A DNA stretch of 64,000 nucleotides from an uncultured Pseudomonadales bacterium. GTDB taxonomy: Bacteria > Patescibacteriota > Microgenomatia > UBA1400 > PJMF01. The notes beneath the pieces were generated by a model. It had not been told where the DNA came from. It ran no database searches and was given only the letters and a program-made list of their open reading frames with translations. The position numbers and the translations under genes were made by a program. Positions 1 to 10,257 of the stretch are shown here, piece by piece. Numbering within the stretch: the stretch's first letter is position 1; each line of letters starts with the position of its first letter. Location of the stretch: positions 62-64,061 of the forward strand of contig CAZBEW010000002.1 in NCBI GenBank assembly GCA_964491115.1, in the 5' to 3' direction.

Positions 1-1611
1 GGTGGCTTGTCTTTCCAGCCACGAGATGGCCATGATGTGATTTGGCTCAATGCCGATCACTTTTTCCTCCATCATTGTGCTTAATTCTTGGTTTAGATAG
101 TTGATTGCGTTTGCCAAGACCTCTTTATTGCTCAAAACTCCATTTATTTTAGCTTGTTCTAGTGTTTGCAATTGTTGGTTTAATTCTTTGTCAGAGGTTG
201 TGGGTGGGAAGTCTGATACCGGTTTGGTGTTTTCTGCCAATCTTCTCAGGACATCAATAGGTTTTACTTTTTTTCTACTTGCGTTTCTTTCTTCAATTTC
301 CATGTCATATTTTTCTTTGTCAAACAATAACTGGATTCGTTCTGCTGAGTTAAAATAATTAACTTTAGGGATCGCTTGCTCTAATTGAGATTTATCATTG
401 GTGTCGTAATAATGAACCATGGCAGTGATTAATTCGTTAATATAAGGGCGTTGGTCGTGGATGCAGTCTCGTAAAATGCCAAATGGTTTTGCCATCATGA
501 GGCCGTCTGATCGATTTTGCTCCAATCGAGCCAGACTGGTGGCTGGGACTACTCTAGCTGCAAGTAATAATTCATTGAGATTTTCAGCAGATACTGGACT
601 GGCATAAGCGTGACAAAGATAATCGCCAACTCCAAAATCTCCATGATTCATTCCCCAAAAATTACCACTTTTTAAAATAATTTCGATTTGAGGGTCATTG
701 TTTTGCATGGCGGGCAGCAAGCGATCGATTAATCCTCGTGATTTTTCTGCTGTTAAATCATGATTTCTGGTATAACTGAATACTGTTTCAGCAAATTGTG
801 CTCCAATATTTCTATCAGCATAATCAGCAACTTCTTTGTAAATTTGTAGCATTAATTTGAGTTGATCTGGATTATTAAAGGATAACCAAAATGACTTAGT
901 GACACTCATAAAATTTTTGTCTAACTTATCTTGTGCTCGTTGACTGGTAACTAGATAATGATATTCATAAAACTCAGCAATGCCATTAAAAAAATTGATA
1001 AATTCTTCAGGGCTTTTTGGAGTTGAGTGTAGGTATTTACCAGAATTAGATATATTAACTAAAACAGTTTTAAAATCTTTGAGTCTTTCTTGGGCTGTTG
1101 ACTCATCTATTTCACTCATAAATTTTGCTTTCCACTGGCTCGCTAAAGTTTGATTAAATTTTGCTTGATCTGCAGTATCGCAAACTTCTACCCATTGCCT
1201 CATGTCTGCGGGGGTCAATTCGCTTTGAGCGGGAAGCATGCTGCTGCTTAAGTCGCGAAGCGCCGCAATATATTCAGGCAAATCTTGACTAACAATTTCT
1301 GTTTGATGAGCAATTGTGTCAATTAATTTTTCTTTATCCCTTCTGGCTCTATAAAACTCTTGCTCTGCCTCTTCTTTTTCTTGTTCATCAAGTTGATCGA
1401 CTGATTTCTGCCGATTGAATGCCATTTTTTCGTATTGCTGCTCTAATTTTTTATTAGGAAAAAGACCATCCACCATTGTTTCTATGTTTGGTTGACGCAA
1501 TCTAACTTCTTCTTGGATTTTAAGCTGTTTAGCAGACCACTGAGAAAATGTTTCTTCATCATCCTGATTAATAGTTGATTGGGGTTTTTTTGTTTCTGTT
1601 GAGTTTGGCAT
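1..1611 (-). CDS. Large hypothetical protein, 3'-truncated by the window edge (>=537 aa); absent from the ORF track
   Basis: ATG at 1611 gives MPNSTETKKPQSTINQDDEETFSQW...; both ends translated by hand are open and in the same frame (...IMAISWLERQAT at position 1); the middle was not checked codon by codon. Confidence 0.8.
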   Translation of the reverse strand, partial: MPNSTETKKPQSTINQDDEETFSQWSAKQLKIQEEVRLRQPNIETMVDGLFPNKKLEQQYEKMAFNRQKSVDQLDEQEKEEAEQEFYRARRDKEKLIDTIAHQTEIVSQDLPEYIAALRDLSSSMLPAQSELTPADMRQWVEVCDTADQAKFNQTLASQWKAKFMSEIDESTAQERLKDFKTVLVNISNSGKYLHSTPKSPEEFINFFNGIAEFYEYHYLVTSQRAQDKLDKNFMSVTKSFWLSFNNPDQLKLMLQIYKEVADYADRNIGAQFAETVFSYTRNHDLTAEKSRGLIDRLLPAMQNNDPQIEIILKSGNFWGMNHGDFGVGDYLCHAYASPVSAENLNELLLAARVVPATSLARLEQNRSDGLMMAKPFGILRDCIHDQRPYINELITAMVHYYDTNDKSQLEQAIPKVNYFNSAERIQLLFDKEKYDMEIEERNASRKKVKPIDVLRRLAENTKPVSDFPPTTSDKELNQQLQTLEQAKINGVLSNKEVLANAINYLNQELSTMMEEKVIGIEPNHIMAISWLERQAT

Positions 1612-1677
1612 ATTTTTCTCTAACTAAAGTGTAATAGATCTATAAGACAAATGCAAAAACAGTGTAAAATTGTGCTA

Positions 1678-1896
1678 ATGAGAATCACTGTTAATGTTCA
1701 CCCCAACTCCAAGAGAGCAAGAATAGAAAAAGACCTGCTAGGAACATTACATGTTTATGTCAGTCAACCACCTTTGGAAGGAAAAGCTAACAAAGCTGTC
1801 ATCGAGGCCTTAGCCAAGCATTTTAAGACCAAAAAAAGCAGCATTTATCTAATATCTGGCATGAAATCAAAGATTAAAGTTTTTGAGATAGGGTAA
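1678..1896 (+). CDS. DUF167/YggU family protein
   Basis: MRITVNVHPNSK...VSQPPLEGKANKAVIEALAKHF...SGMKSKIK matches UPF0235; TAAAAT 7 nt before ATG 1678. Confidence 0.85.
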   Translation: MRITVNVHPNSKRARIEKDLLGTLHVYVSQPPLEGKANKAVIEALAKHFKTKKSSIYLISGMKSKIKVFEIG

Positions 1897-1960
1897 AGCT
1901 AAGCGTGGATCTTACTGCACCTTGCTTGTAATGGTATTTATTGCTAGCTATAATGATTAT

Positions 1961-2176
1961 ATGCGAGATAATATCTTCCAGCTGCAACGAACTATTGCGG
2001 AAAAACTACTTGATTTACTTGAAGACGAGCTGATTAGTATTGAGCGCGCAGCTGAAATAGCCACAGAGGTGTTGAATATTGTTGGTGAGGATGCTGCAGA
2101 ATCTGCTCTAAGCGATATCAAACAACAGTTGGCAGTAATTCCTGAATTAAAAACTTTGAATGTACTAAATTTCTAA
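1961..2176 (+). CDS. Small helical hypothetical protein
   Basis: ORF MRDNIFQLQRT...; TATAAT 6 nt upstream of ATG 1961. Confidence 0.65.
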   Translation: MRDNIFQLQRTIAEKLLDLLEDELISIERAAEIATEVLNIVGEDAAESALSDIKQQLAVIPELKTLNVLNF

Positions 2177-2195
2177 GGATTTTGAGAGTTGACCC

Positions 2196-5100
2196 ATGGA
2201 AAAACAAACAGAAACCCAAACTCCGATTGCAGAAGCGGCAACAAATCCAATCGCAGAAACCCAAACTCCGATCACAGAGGCGGCAGCAACTCCTCAGTCT
2301 GATATAGAAGAGCAGCCTAATATAAAAGAAGCTCAAGCTGAGTCAGAAAATGCAGCTTCATTGGAAAAATTAAAGCGTTGGTTTGGTATTTTGCGTCAAG
2401 TTTGTCAAGAAGATCCGCGAGTGGTGCTACAAGCTTTGCAAAAACCAGAAAAACTAATATTAAGGTCTCCAGATGATGTTATGGCGAAGCGAGCAGAAGA
2501 GTTGCGGAGCACTGTTGATCAGGAAAAGACAAGAAAAGAATTCAGTCAAAAAGGAGTAGATCCTGAAAAAGCCCTAACTGTGATTAATTTTTTAAGAAAA
2601 AATGCGAGTCAAAGCTATTGGCCAACAGACAGATCTGGCTCACCGGATTATGATAAAGAGATAGAGGCTCATTATCAATATAATGCAGAAGCTGATTTTG
2701 AATTTATTAGTGAATTAGCGAATATTAGTGATGATCCAGCGGCCTTACTTGAAGATTTAAATAATATTTTTCCTTTTAAAAATATTGAATACAATAAAAA
2801 TAATACGCTTGAATATGCAAAATTTGTGGCAGATAATCCTCGGGTTCGTGAAGTCATTAATAAGATTAGAGTATTACCAAATCTGAGCAAATTACATAAG
2901 ACTGATGATCTAGTGTTTTCTCGTGACGAAAGTGGTCAAACTCAAGTGAGTATTTATGAAAATGTCTCTGGTAACAATGTATTTTCTCCTGATCCATTGC
3001 AAGATTTAGCAAATTTAGACGAGCAAAGTTTTCAAGAATTACTCTCAGAAGAAAATCTTGTTCGAGTTCAAGAATTATGGGCAAGACTTGCTGGTAAAGA
3101 GGCAATTAAGTTGGAGCTATTACCAAATTTATTGCAATTAGCTCACAATCCTCAACTGGAAACATTATTTGTGCAAGTGATTAAAGCAAATACCAATAAT
3201 TCTTCAGTAGAACAAGCTTTTGCAAGTCAAATTTTAGCTGACTCCAATGAGGTGAGTAGATTTATTTGGACAGTTTCAAGAGCAGAGCAAATTCTTCAAG
3301 AAATTCCAGAGACGGTTACTTTGCTTGATAATGGCTTTGATTTAAATAGCGTTCTTCGCTCCAAATTTAATAGTCATAAAGAAGCAACTGATATTAAGCA
3401 AATTCTTGATCAACAAAATGAGTTGCTCAGCGATTATAACAATCAAGATTTAATGCTCAATGCCAAAATATTGAAAAAATATGGTCTAGAGATGCCTTTA
3501 AGCAATGAATCGAGAGAATATTATAATTTCATGAGAAGCTCTGATCCAGATCGCCTAGAAAAAGCTTTAGAAATTTATGAGGTAACTAAAGATTTTTATA
3601 CCAATGAGACAGACGATGATCTTCGTAAAAACAATGCTAGATTTAGTATTTGGGAAACAATTGACAATAAATTAGCCAACTTTTCTGTAACTGAAGTTAG
3701 CGGTCTTTTTCAATTGTTAGCTGACCAGAAGGGTTTGCTAGGAGATTTTGATCTATATACTTCACAAGTTTTAGAAAACCTTGATTCATTCGAGACCCTT
3801 AAAGAACGCTTTCAGGCTTTGGCTGACCCAAAAATTCAAGAGATGATTAATGACCAATTATTTAACCAGACATTAAAGGCGCATATGGGCGTTGAGAGCG
3901 TTGGTCATAGTTGGCAAAGATGGCAAGTTTTTTTTCAAGCGCCCGATACTTACCAGGATTTATATAGACAAAAAGATTTGTTTTATCAAAGAATGAATGA
4001 TTTAAATAATGAAAAATTATCATTTGCCCTAGATTCAAAGAGCCTTCATTATATACTTCAACTATCAGAAGCAGATTACTTAGATTTTAAAAATACTTGT
4101 CTTACTGATGCTCCACACAACATCGTTAACGAGACCCTTGTGAACAATTATGATTTGTTAAAAACAATGAACCCCGCTGATCAAGAATATTTATTAAACG
4201 AACTCAGATCTTTAGGTATTAAGGCTGATAGTCTCTTTGAGTTTAATCTTGCTGATTCCAATCTTTATCTTAATTTAAGTGAAAAAGATCGTCAGCAGGT
4301 ATTTATTTTAGTTAAAAAATATCAGAATTATGTAGATGATGTTTTAAAAATCCAAAGTAATTTTTTTCTCCAAAACAACAAATTACAGTTAAATTTTTTT
4401 AGTGAGCTAGCCCTTAATCCAGATTCTCAAGATCGTTTTTTTGCATTACTTGATTATTTAAATAAAAATCCCGCCTTGCTTATTTTCAATCCTCTAAGTC
4501 AGGAGAGCAACTATAATGCTAATTATTTTGTAGATTTTCTTGTGACTCGTTTAAGTGAAGGAACTTTTTCTCTCAATGAGTACATAAATCAAGATGGAAC
4601 TATCACTGAGAAATTTTTAGAAAGTGAAGTATTTCAAGAGTCGTTTCAAAAAGCTTATGGTTTCCAGCTAACTGGTGATTTTATTGGAAAATTGAGTCAA
4701 TTTTATCAAGATCTACACGCTCCAGAATATGCTGCTTTGATTGTTAATCCAGAAGCTTATTGGGAAAGCAATCGTGGTCTAATGATTAGACTAGAACAAA
4801 TTGGCTGGCCAGTTAATAATTTTGACCGATTTCGCAGTCTAGTGCAGAACCCTGAGACTAACGATATCTTAAGTTCGGTAGATGTAAATTTATTAAATTC
4901 TTTATCTAAAAACATTGGCCTTAATCCCAACAACATTTATTATGTTAATAAAAGTTCTCTATATTGGTTAAAATCTAATCTGAATAATAATGAGAAAAGA
5001 ATAAATTTTTTTAAAAAAATTCTTAACGAGAAACCCTCTAGTTTTAAAAGTTGCGTCACTGCGTTTCGCTCAACAGGAGCAGAGAAAATTGATCAAATTG

Positions 5101-6620
5101 TTAACGAGCCGCTGTATTTTGAGAGATTATTAGAGGCAATGCAGGAATTTCGTAATATTACCCCTTCTTTAATTACTAGTTATATTTTAAATCTAAATGA
5201 AGCTGAGAGAGCAGAATATCGAGAAAAAATTGATAACTTTAGACATAATGTGCATCGTAATGTACCAATTATGCCTTTAAGCGAAGGAGTTGGAGGTATA
5301 GATTTTTTAACTGATGCAATTTCGCTGACTTTTCCCAGCACCAATCCAGATGATATTAAGTTTCGTTTAACAGAATTGGAAGATCGGTGTGAAGATGTGG
5401 CCAATTTGAAAATTCGAGAAGAAGGGTATCAGGGAAAAATTGTCTCTAAAGAAAAAGAAGCCGTTCTTAGAGACCCGAATAAGACTATTGATGAAGGATT
5501 AATCAACCTTATCAAAGTCATTTTTGCTGATCAACAAGGAGCTGATTATTTAGCTGGAGGCGGAGATGAGGCTTTCGCTTTTCGAGGTTGGGCAAGATTA
5601 TTAGTGGACGCAGGGGCAACTAATCAAAAAGCTTTGTTTAAAGATAATTTACAAGAGGTTATAGCTTGTAGTCGAGTTTCTTTGGGAAATCAAATTGATG
5701 TTTTTACCGAAAAAATGCTTGGAGATACTTCACAAATAGCTGAAAAAAATACCATTTTAAATAAGGCGAAGGAATTATTTGGCATTTATTATAAGGATAA
5801 TGCTTCCAGTAGTATTGAAAATTTTTTACAGGGTCATCAAGAGCAAGTTAATACATTACTAGCCAAACTAAGTGAAAAGCGCCTGAGTGCTTTAGAAAAG
5901 AATATTGTTAATAATAAAGCCATGAGTGAAGAGGATAGATTGGATTTTAAAGACATCATCAGTGGTCTGAGATTAACAGACACGAACATGAACCAAAAAC
6001 GTCAATTATTAGCTAGGTTGCTGTCTTTTATGACTGAACGAAGCATTTTTGCTGGAGGGGCTGGTTTACGCAAAGTAGTCCAAAATGAAAGAGAGAAAAT
6101 TATTTTAAGAGATAAAGAGGGGCAAGAGATTGATCCTAATTCAGTGGTGACTGCTTATCTCACTAAAAACGCTGCTTCTTTCTTTGCTAAAACAACAGCC
6201 GGATTGTGCACTGCGGGTAATGTTTCTCTTTTTAATCGACCAGATCATTTTCATGTTAATTTAGTTGATGCAGAAGAAATAGTGGTGGGTAATATTCAAG
6301 GTTATCAATATAATTATAATGGTCAGCCGGCACTAATTTTTAGGGGCTTTAACCCTTCCACCAGCATCATTTCTTCAACTAATGCTTGGATTTTGTGTGA
6401 CCAAATGCTTGATATAATTAAACAAATTGCACAGGACAACAATATCACCCAGGTTTTTATTCCAGATGACAATGGCTTTCATCCATTAACAAATCGAGTT
6501 GCTGAGGGAGTAGGTCAGTATTTTACACATAAATTTTTTAGAAGAGAAAATCAGGCTTTCTTTTCTTTTGATATCACTCATGACAATATAGTTGATAATT
6601 TCTATAGAATTCCGGTTTAA
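2196..6620 (+). CDS. 1474-aa hypothetical protein with a possible alpha/beta (GNAT-like) C-terminal domain
   Basis: Long uninterrupted ORF; C-terminal KTTAGLCTAGN...GNIQGY...LIFRGFNP; fold call is inference. Confidence 0.85.
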   Translation: MEKQTETQTPIAEAATNPIAETQTPITEAAATPQSDIEEQPNIKEAQAESENAASLEKLKRWFGILRQVCQEDPRVVLQALQKPEKLILRSPDDVMAKRAEELRSTVDQEKTRKEFSQKGVDPEKALTVINFLRKNASQSYWPTDRSGSPDYDKEIEAHYQYNAEADFEFISELANISDDPAALLEDLNNIFPFKNIEYNKNNTLEYAKFVADNPRVREVINKIRVLPNLSKLHKTDDLVFSRDESGQTQVSIYENVSGNNVFSPDPLQDLANLDEQSFQELLSEENLVRVQELWARLAGKEAIKLELLPNLLQLAHNPQLETLFVQVIKANTNNSSVEQAFASQILADSNEVSRFIWTVSRAEQILQEIPETVTLLDNGFDLNSVLRSKFNSHKEATDIKQILDQQNELLSDYNNQDLMLNAKILKKYGLEMPLSNESREYYNFMRSSDPDRLEKALEIYEVTKDFYTNETDDDLRKNNARFSIWETIDNKLANFSVTEVSGLFQLLADQKGLLGDFDLYTSQVLENLDSFETLKERFQALADPKIQEMINDQLFNQTLKAHMGVESVGHSWQRWQVFFQAPDTYQDLYRQKDLFYQRMNDLNNEKLSFALDSKSLHYILQLSEADYLDFKNTCLTDAPHNIVNETLVNNYDLLKTMNPADQEYLLNELRSLGIKADSLFEFNLADSNLYLNLSEKDRQQVFILVKKYQNYVDDVLKIQSNFFLQNNKLQLNFFSELALNPDSQDRFFALLDYLNKNPALLIFNPLSQESNYNANYFVDFLVTRLSEGTFSLNEYINQDGTITEKFLESEVFQESFQKAYGFQLTGDFIGKLSQFYQDLHAPEYAALIVNPEAYWESNRGLMIRLEQIGWPVNNFDRFRSLVQNPETNDILSSVDVNLLNSLSKNIGLNPNNIYYVNKSSLYWLKSNLNNNEKRINFFKKILNEKPSSFKSCVTAFRSTGAEKIDQIVNEPLYFERLLEAMQEFRNITPSLITSYILNLNEAERAEYREKIDNFRHNVHRNVPIMPLSEGVGGIDFLTDAISLTFPSTNPDDIKFRLTELEDRCEDVANLKIREEGYQGKIVSKEKEAVLRDPNKTIDEGLINLIKVIFADQQGADYLAGGGDEAFAFRGWARLLVDAGATNQKALFKDNLQEVIACSRVSLGNQIDVFTEKMLGDTSQIAEKNTILNKAKELFGIYYKDNASSSIENFLQGHQEQVNTLLAKLSEKRLSALEKNIVNNKAMSEEDRLDFKDIISGLRLTDTNMNQKRQLLARLLSFMTERSIFAGGAGLRKVVQNEREKIILRDKEGQEIDPNSVVTAYLTKNAASFFAKTTAGLCTAGNVSLFNRPDHFHVNLVDAEEIVVGNIQGYQYNYNGQPALIFRGFNPSTSIISSTNAWILCDQMLDIIKQIAQDNNITQVFIPDDNGFHPLTNRVAEGVGQYFTHKFFRRENQAFFSFDITHDNIVDNFYRIPV
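2209..2287 (+). repeat. 45-bp-period tandem duplication in the N-terminal coding region (ETQTPIxEAA x2)
   Basis: CAGAAACCCAAACTCCGAT at 2209 and 2254. Confidence 0.85.
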
Positions 6621-6750
6621 TATTTATTAGCTAAAGCTTTGTGCAAAAAGTGATCAAATAGAGGAGTTGGGAGAATTTTGTAGTAGTCAAATTAATGAAA
6701 TAAAGATTTGTCACAATCCCAAAAAATATATTACTGTATAATCAGAGGTA

Positions 6751-7098
6751 ATGTCAAAAATTGAAAAACTTACTCAAAAATTAATTGATTTTCGTGAAGC
6801 TCGCAATTGGAAACAATTCCATAACCCAAAAAATTTAGCAGAATCAATTTCTATAGAAGCAAACGAGCTACTAGAACACTTTCAGTGGTTGAATCTAGAA
6901 GAAAGTCAAAAATATAGTGTGGAGCATAAACAAGAATTAGCAGAAGAAATATCTGACGTTCTGAATTATCTAATTTTATTAGCTCATGACATAGACATTG
7001 ATTTAATTGAAGCTGCAATTAAAAAAATAGAAATAAATAATAAGAAATATCCAATAAAAAAGTCAAAAGGCATAAGCACAAAATATAATAAATTATAG
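6751..7098 (+). CDS. MazG-like nucleotide pyrophosphohydrolase (dCTPase-like)
   Basis: RNWKQFHNPKNLA..ISIEANELLEHFQW...EEISDV (ExxE...ExxD). Confidence 0.9.
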   Translation: MSKIEKLTQKLIDFREARNWKQFHNPKNLAESISIEANELLEHFQWLNLEESQKYSVEHKQELAEEISDVLNYLILLAHDIDIDLIEAAIKKIEINNKKYPIKKSKGISTKYNKL

Positions 7099-7107
7099 AA
7101 TTACAAA

Positions 7108-8970
7108 ATGCTTGTTTATAAAAATACAGCTACTGGATTTTGCTACGACGTTGAGACTAATAAGATAGCTGACAGCATAGAATTAGCTTTCAAAAACAGT
7201 CTTGGTCGAAAAGTAAATCCTAGTGAAAAAAGTGCTTGGATAAACTCCATGTCATTTATGGAAAGAATAGTTCGTAATTCTGGAGTGGCTCAAGACTGTG
7301 GGGTTTTAATAGAATATAATATTCCAGCTACTTCTAAAAGAATAGATTTCATAATTGCTGGTTGTGATAGTGAAAACAAAAAAAAATTTGTTATTGTTGA
7401 ACTTAAACAATGGCAGCTAGCGAATAGCACTTTTAAAGATGGCCTTGTAACTAGTTTTTTTAGAGGTGGCGAAAGAGAAACTCCACATCCGTCTTATCAA
7501 GCATATTCTTACAAAAGTTTCTTAAAAGACTATAACGAGAATATTTATAGCGGTAAAATTAATCCCTATTCGTGTGCATATTTACACAATTATAAGGAAA
7601 AACACCCAGAGCCTCTAAAAGCTGATGCGTATAAAGAATACGTAGCTGATTCTCCAATTTACTTTCAAGATGACTTCGAAAAATTAGCAAACTTTATAAA
7701 AATGCATGTTGGTAATGGCGGTGGTGAAGAAATTCTTTATGACATAGAATCGGGGAGAATTAGGCCTAGTAAAAGATTAATTGACTGTGTAAGCGCAATG
7801 TTTAAAGGCAATCAAGAATTTATTCTCTTGGATGAACAAAAGGTTGCCTACGAAACAGCTCTTCATAGTGCTATCAATAGTAAAGAAAAAACTGTAATTA
7901 TTGTTAAAGGTGGTCCTGGTACTGGCAAATCAGTTGTTTCAATGAATTTATTTGGAGGATTACTCGCTAAACAGTTAAACACAGTTTTTGTAGCACCCAA
8001 TGCTGCTTTTAGAAGTGTGATGAAACATAAATTAGCTGGAGAGGAAAGGAAAGAGAAATTAAATCATTTGTTTAAAGGTTCGGCAGCTTTCTACGGGTTA
8101 AAAGATAACGTTTATGATGCAATTGTTGTTGATGAAGCACATCGTTTAAAAAATTATAAAGCTTACCAATATTTTGGACAAAATCAAATTGAAGATATTG
8201 TGAAGGCTGGTAAAACTAGTATTTTTTTTGTTGACGAAAATCAAATTATTCGTCCAGAAGACATAGGCTCGATTGAAGAAATTAAAAAAATAGCCAATCA
8301 ACAATATGCAACAATTAATGAAATAGAACTACAGGCTCAATTTAGATGTTCTGGTTCAGACGGATATATAAATTGGTTAGATAATACTTTAAGAATTAAA
8401 GAAACAGCAAATTTTGATGGTTGGGAAGACAAAAACTTTGAATTTCTTATTTTTGATGATCCGAATGATTTAAGGCAAGCTATTAAGAATAAACAAAATC
8501 AGGGGTTTGATGCTCAATTGCTAGCAGGATACGCTTGGAAATGGACAAGTGCAAAAGATGGCAATTATGATTCTCAGAGTGAAGATGTTCAGATACCTGA
8601 ATATAACTTTAGTATGCCTTGGAATTCAAGAAAAACTGGGTCAAATTGGGCAATTGATGCAAATAGCCACGAACAAATTGGTTGTGTACATACAAGTCAA
8701 GGTTTAGAATTTGACTATGTGGGTGTAATCGTTGGTAATGATCTGCGCTTTGATAAAGAAAAATTTGAGTATTTTGTTCCTTGGGACTCTTATAAGGATA
8801 TGGCTGGAAAAAAGGGTTTAAAAGATGAACCAGAAAAGCTATGTTTATTAGTAAAAAATATTTATAAAATTTTAATGACTAGAGGTATTTACGGTTGCTA
8901 TGTTTTTTTTCAAGACAAAAATTTGAAAGAGTTTGTTGAAAGTAGGTTGAAAAATGATTTATACAGGTAA
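7108..8970 (+). CDS. DUF2075 (Schlafen group-3-like) helicase/ATPase with N-terminal nuclease-like domain
   Basis: RIDF...IVELKQW; Walker A GGPGTGKS; Walker B VDEAH; QFRC; SQGLEFDY; LMTRG. Confidence 0.9.
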   Translation: MLVYKNTATGFCYDVETNKIADSIELAFKNSLGRKVNPSEKSAWINSMSFMERIVRNSGVAQDCGVLIEYNIPATSKRIDFIIAGCDSENKKKFVIVELKQWQLANSTFKDGLVTSFFRGGERETPHPSYQAYSYKSFLKDYNENIYSGKINPYSCAYLHNYKEKHPEPLKADAYKEYVADSPIYFQDDFEKLANFIKMHVGNGGGEEILYDIESGRIRPSKRLIDCVSAMFKGNQEFILLDEQKVAYETALHSAINSKEKTVIIVKGGPGTGKSVVSMNLFGGLLAKQLNTVFVAPNAAFRSVMKHKLAGEERKEKLNHLFKGSAAFYGLKDNVYDAIVVDEAHRLKNYKAYQYFGQNQIEDIVKAGKTSIFFVDENQIIRPEDIGSIEEIKKIANQQYATINEIELQAQFRCSGSDGYINWLDNTLRIKETANFDGWEDKNFEFLIFDDPNDLRQAIKNKQNQGFDAQLLAGYAWKWTSAKDGNYDSQSEDVQIPEYNFSMPWNSRKTGSNWAIDANSHEQIGCVHTSQGLEFDYVGVIVGNDLRFDKEKFEYFVPWDSYKDMAGKKGLKDEPEKLCLLVKNIYKILMTRGIYGCYVFFQDKNLKEFVESRLKNDLYR

Positions 8971-8974
8971 TTTC

Positions 8975-9160
8975 TTATTCTTTTAGTAATTTAGATTCAT
9001 TGGTGAATCTGTTAATTGAGATTTTTTTGAGAATCTTTTGACCTTGTTTGGTGTCAAAATCGATGATTTCTAATTTTTGTTTTTTATTAATAAAGCGAAA
9101 TTGACGTAATTTTAAATCTACAGTATATTTCTCAAAAGTTGGAAGTTTTATTATGGCCAT
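8975..9160 (-). CDS. Small basic hypothetical protein divergent from the MTase
   Basis: 61-aa ORF KLPTFEKYTVDLKLRQFR...IDFDTKQG filling the gap. Confidence 0.6.
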   Translation of the reverse strand: MAIIKLPTFEKYTVDLKLRQFRFINKKQKLEIIDFDTKQGQKILKKISINRFTNESKLLKE

Positions 9161-9189
9161 TGTAACTATTTTTTAAAACAATAGTTACA
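9161..9189. promoter_or_regulatory. Perfect 10-bp inverted repeat, candidate operator
   Basis: TGTAACTATT-N9-AATAGTTACA abutting the start of the small ORF, upstream of the MTase. Confidence 0.5.
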
Positions 9190-9296
9190 TTTGTTGTTAC
9201 AAATTAAAAGAATTACTTGCTGCATTTAATGTAAACTTATTGTAAGATTTGTATGTTTAAATAAACTAACATATAAACTTAAAAATTTTTGAGAAA

Positions 9297-10256
9297 ATGA
9301 CACAAAAAAAATATCGCACAATAGACCTATTTGCAGGCATGGGAGGCATTCGAATTGGTTTTGAGAAAGTTGGATTTGAGACTGTTTTTGCTAATGATTT
9401 TGATCATGATTGTAAAATTACCTATGATTTAAATTTTAATAAAACAAAGCTTCTTGTTCAGGATATAAGATCAATTCCAACCTCAAGCTTTCCCGATTTT
9501 GATTATATGTTGGCTGGATTTCCGTGCCAACCTTTTTCAGTTGCTGGTTACAGGCAAGGATTTTCCGATCTGCAGGGTAGAGGCAATTTGTTTTTTTATA
9601 TGGCAAGAATAATTCAAAACAGAAAACCAGCGGGCTTTCTACTGGAAAATGTTAAAAATTTAGAAGGTCACGATGGTGGTAAAACTTTTAGGATAATTAC
9701 AAAAACATTAGAAAATTTAGGCTATCACATTCAAACAAAAGTATTAAACACGATGGAATACGGTAATTTGCCACAAAATAGGGAAAGAATTTATATTGTT
9801 GGTTTTAATAATAAACAGACTTCTCATAACTTTAAATTTCCAGAAAAAATTAATCTTAAAATAAAAACTCAAGATTTGTTAGAGAAGGAAGTTCATGAAA
9901 AATATTACTACAATAATAAACCTTTATTTCCTAGAATTAAAGATTCTATTACTAGAGAAGATACCTTATATCAATGGAGACGTAAATATATTCGTGAAAA
10001 TAAAAAAGGAGTTTGTCCAACTTTAACAGCAAATATGGGTACTGGTGGACACAACGTGCCAATTATAAAACAAGGAAAAATAATAAGAAAATTAACACCA
10101 CGTGAGTGTGCAAGGTTTCAAGGTTTTCCAGACTCCTATATATTGCCAGAGATTGCTGATAGCAAGTTGTACAAGCAGATTGGGAATTCAGTCTCAATAC
10201 CGGTCATTAAAAGAATTGCTAGGAATATGAAACTGGCTATTGATAGCGGGTCATAA
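9297..10256 (+). CDS. dcm: DNA (cytosine-5)-methyltransferase, type II R-M
   Basis: FAGMGG, GFPCQ, ENV, QNRERIY, LTPRECARFQGF, QIGNSV; TRD YQWRRKYIRENK..CPTLTANMGTGGHNVP resembles Bsp6I/LlaDII (GCNGC) type. Confidence 0.95.
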   Translation: MTQKKYRTIDLFAGMGGIRIGFEKVGFETVFANDFDHDCKITYDLNFNKTKLLVQDIRSIPTSSFPDFDYMLAGFPCQPFSVAGYRQGFSDLQGRGNLFFYMARIIQNRKPAGFLLENVKNLEGHDGGKTFRIITKTLENLGYHIQTKVLNTMEYGNLPQNRERIYIVGFNNKQTSHNFKFPEKINLKIKTQDLLEKEVHEKYYYNNKPLFPRIKDSITREDTLYQWRRKYIRENKKGVCPTLTANMGTGGHNVPIIKQGKIIRKLTPRECARFQGFPDSYILPEIADSKLYKQIGNSVSIPVIKRIARNMKLAIDSGS

Positions 10257-10257
10257 G

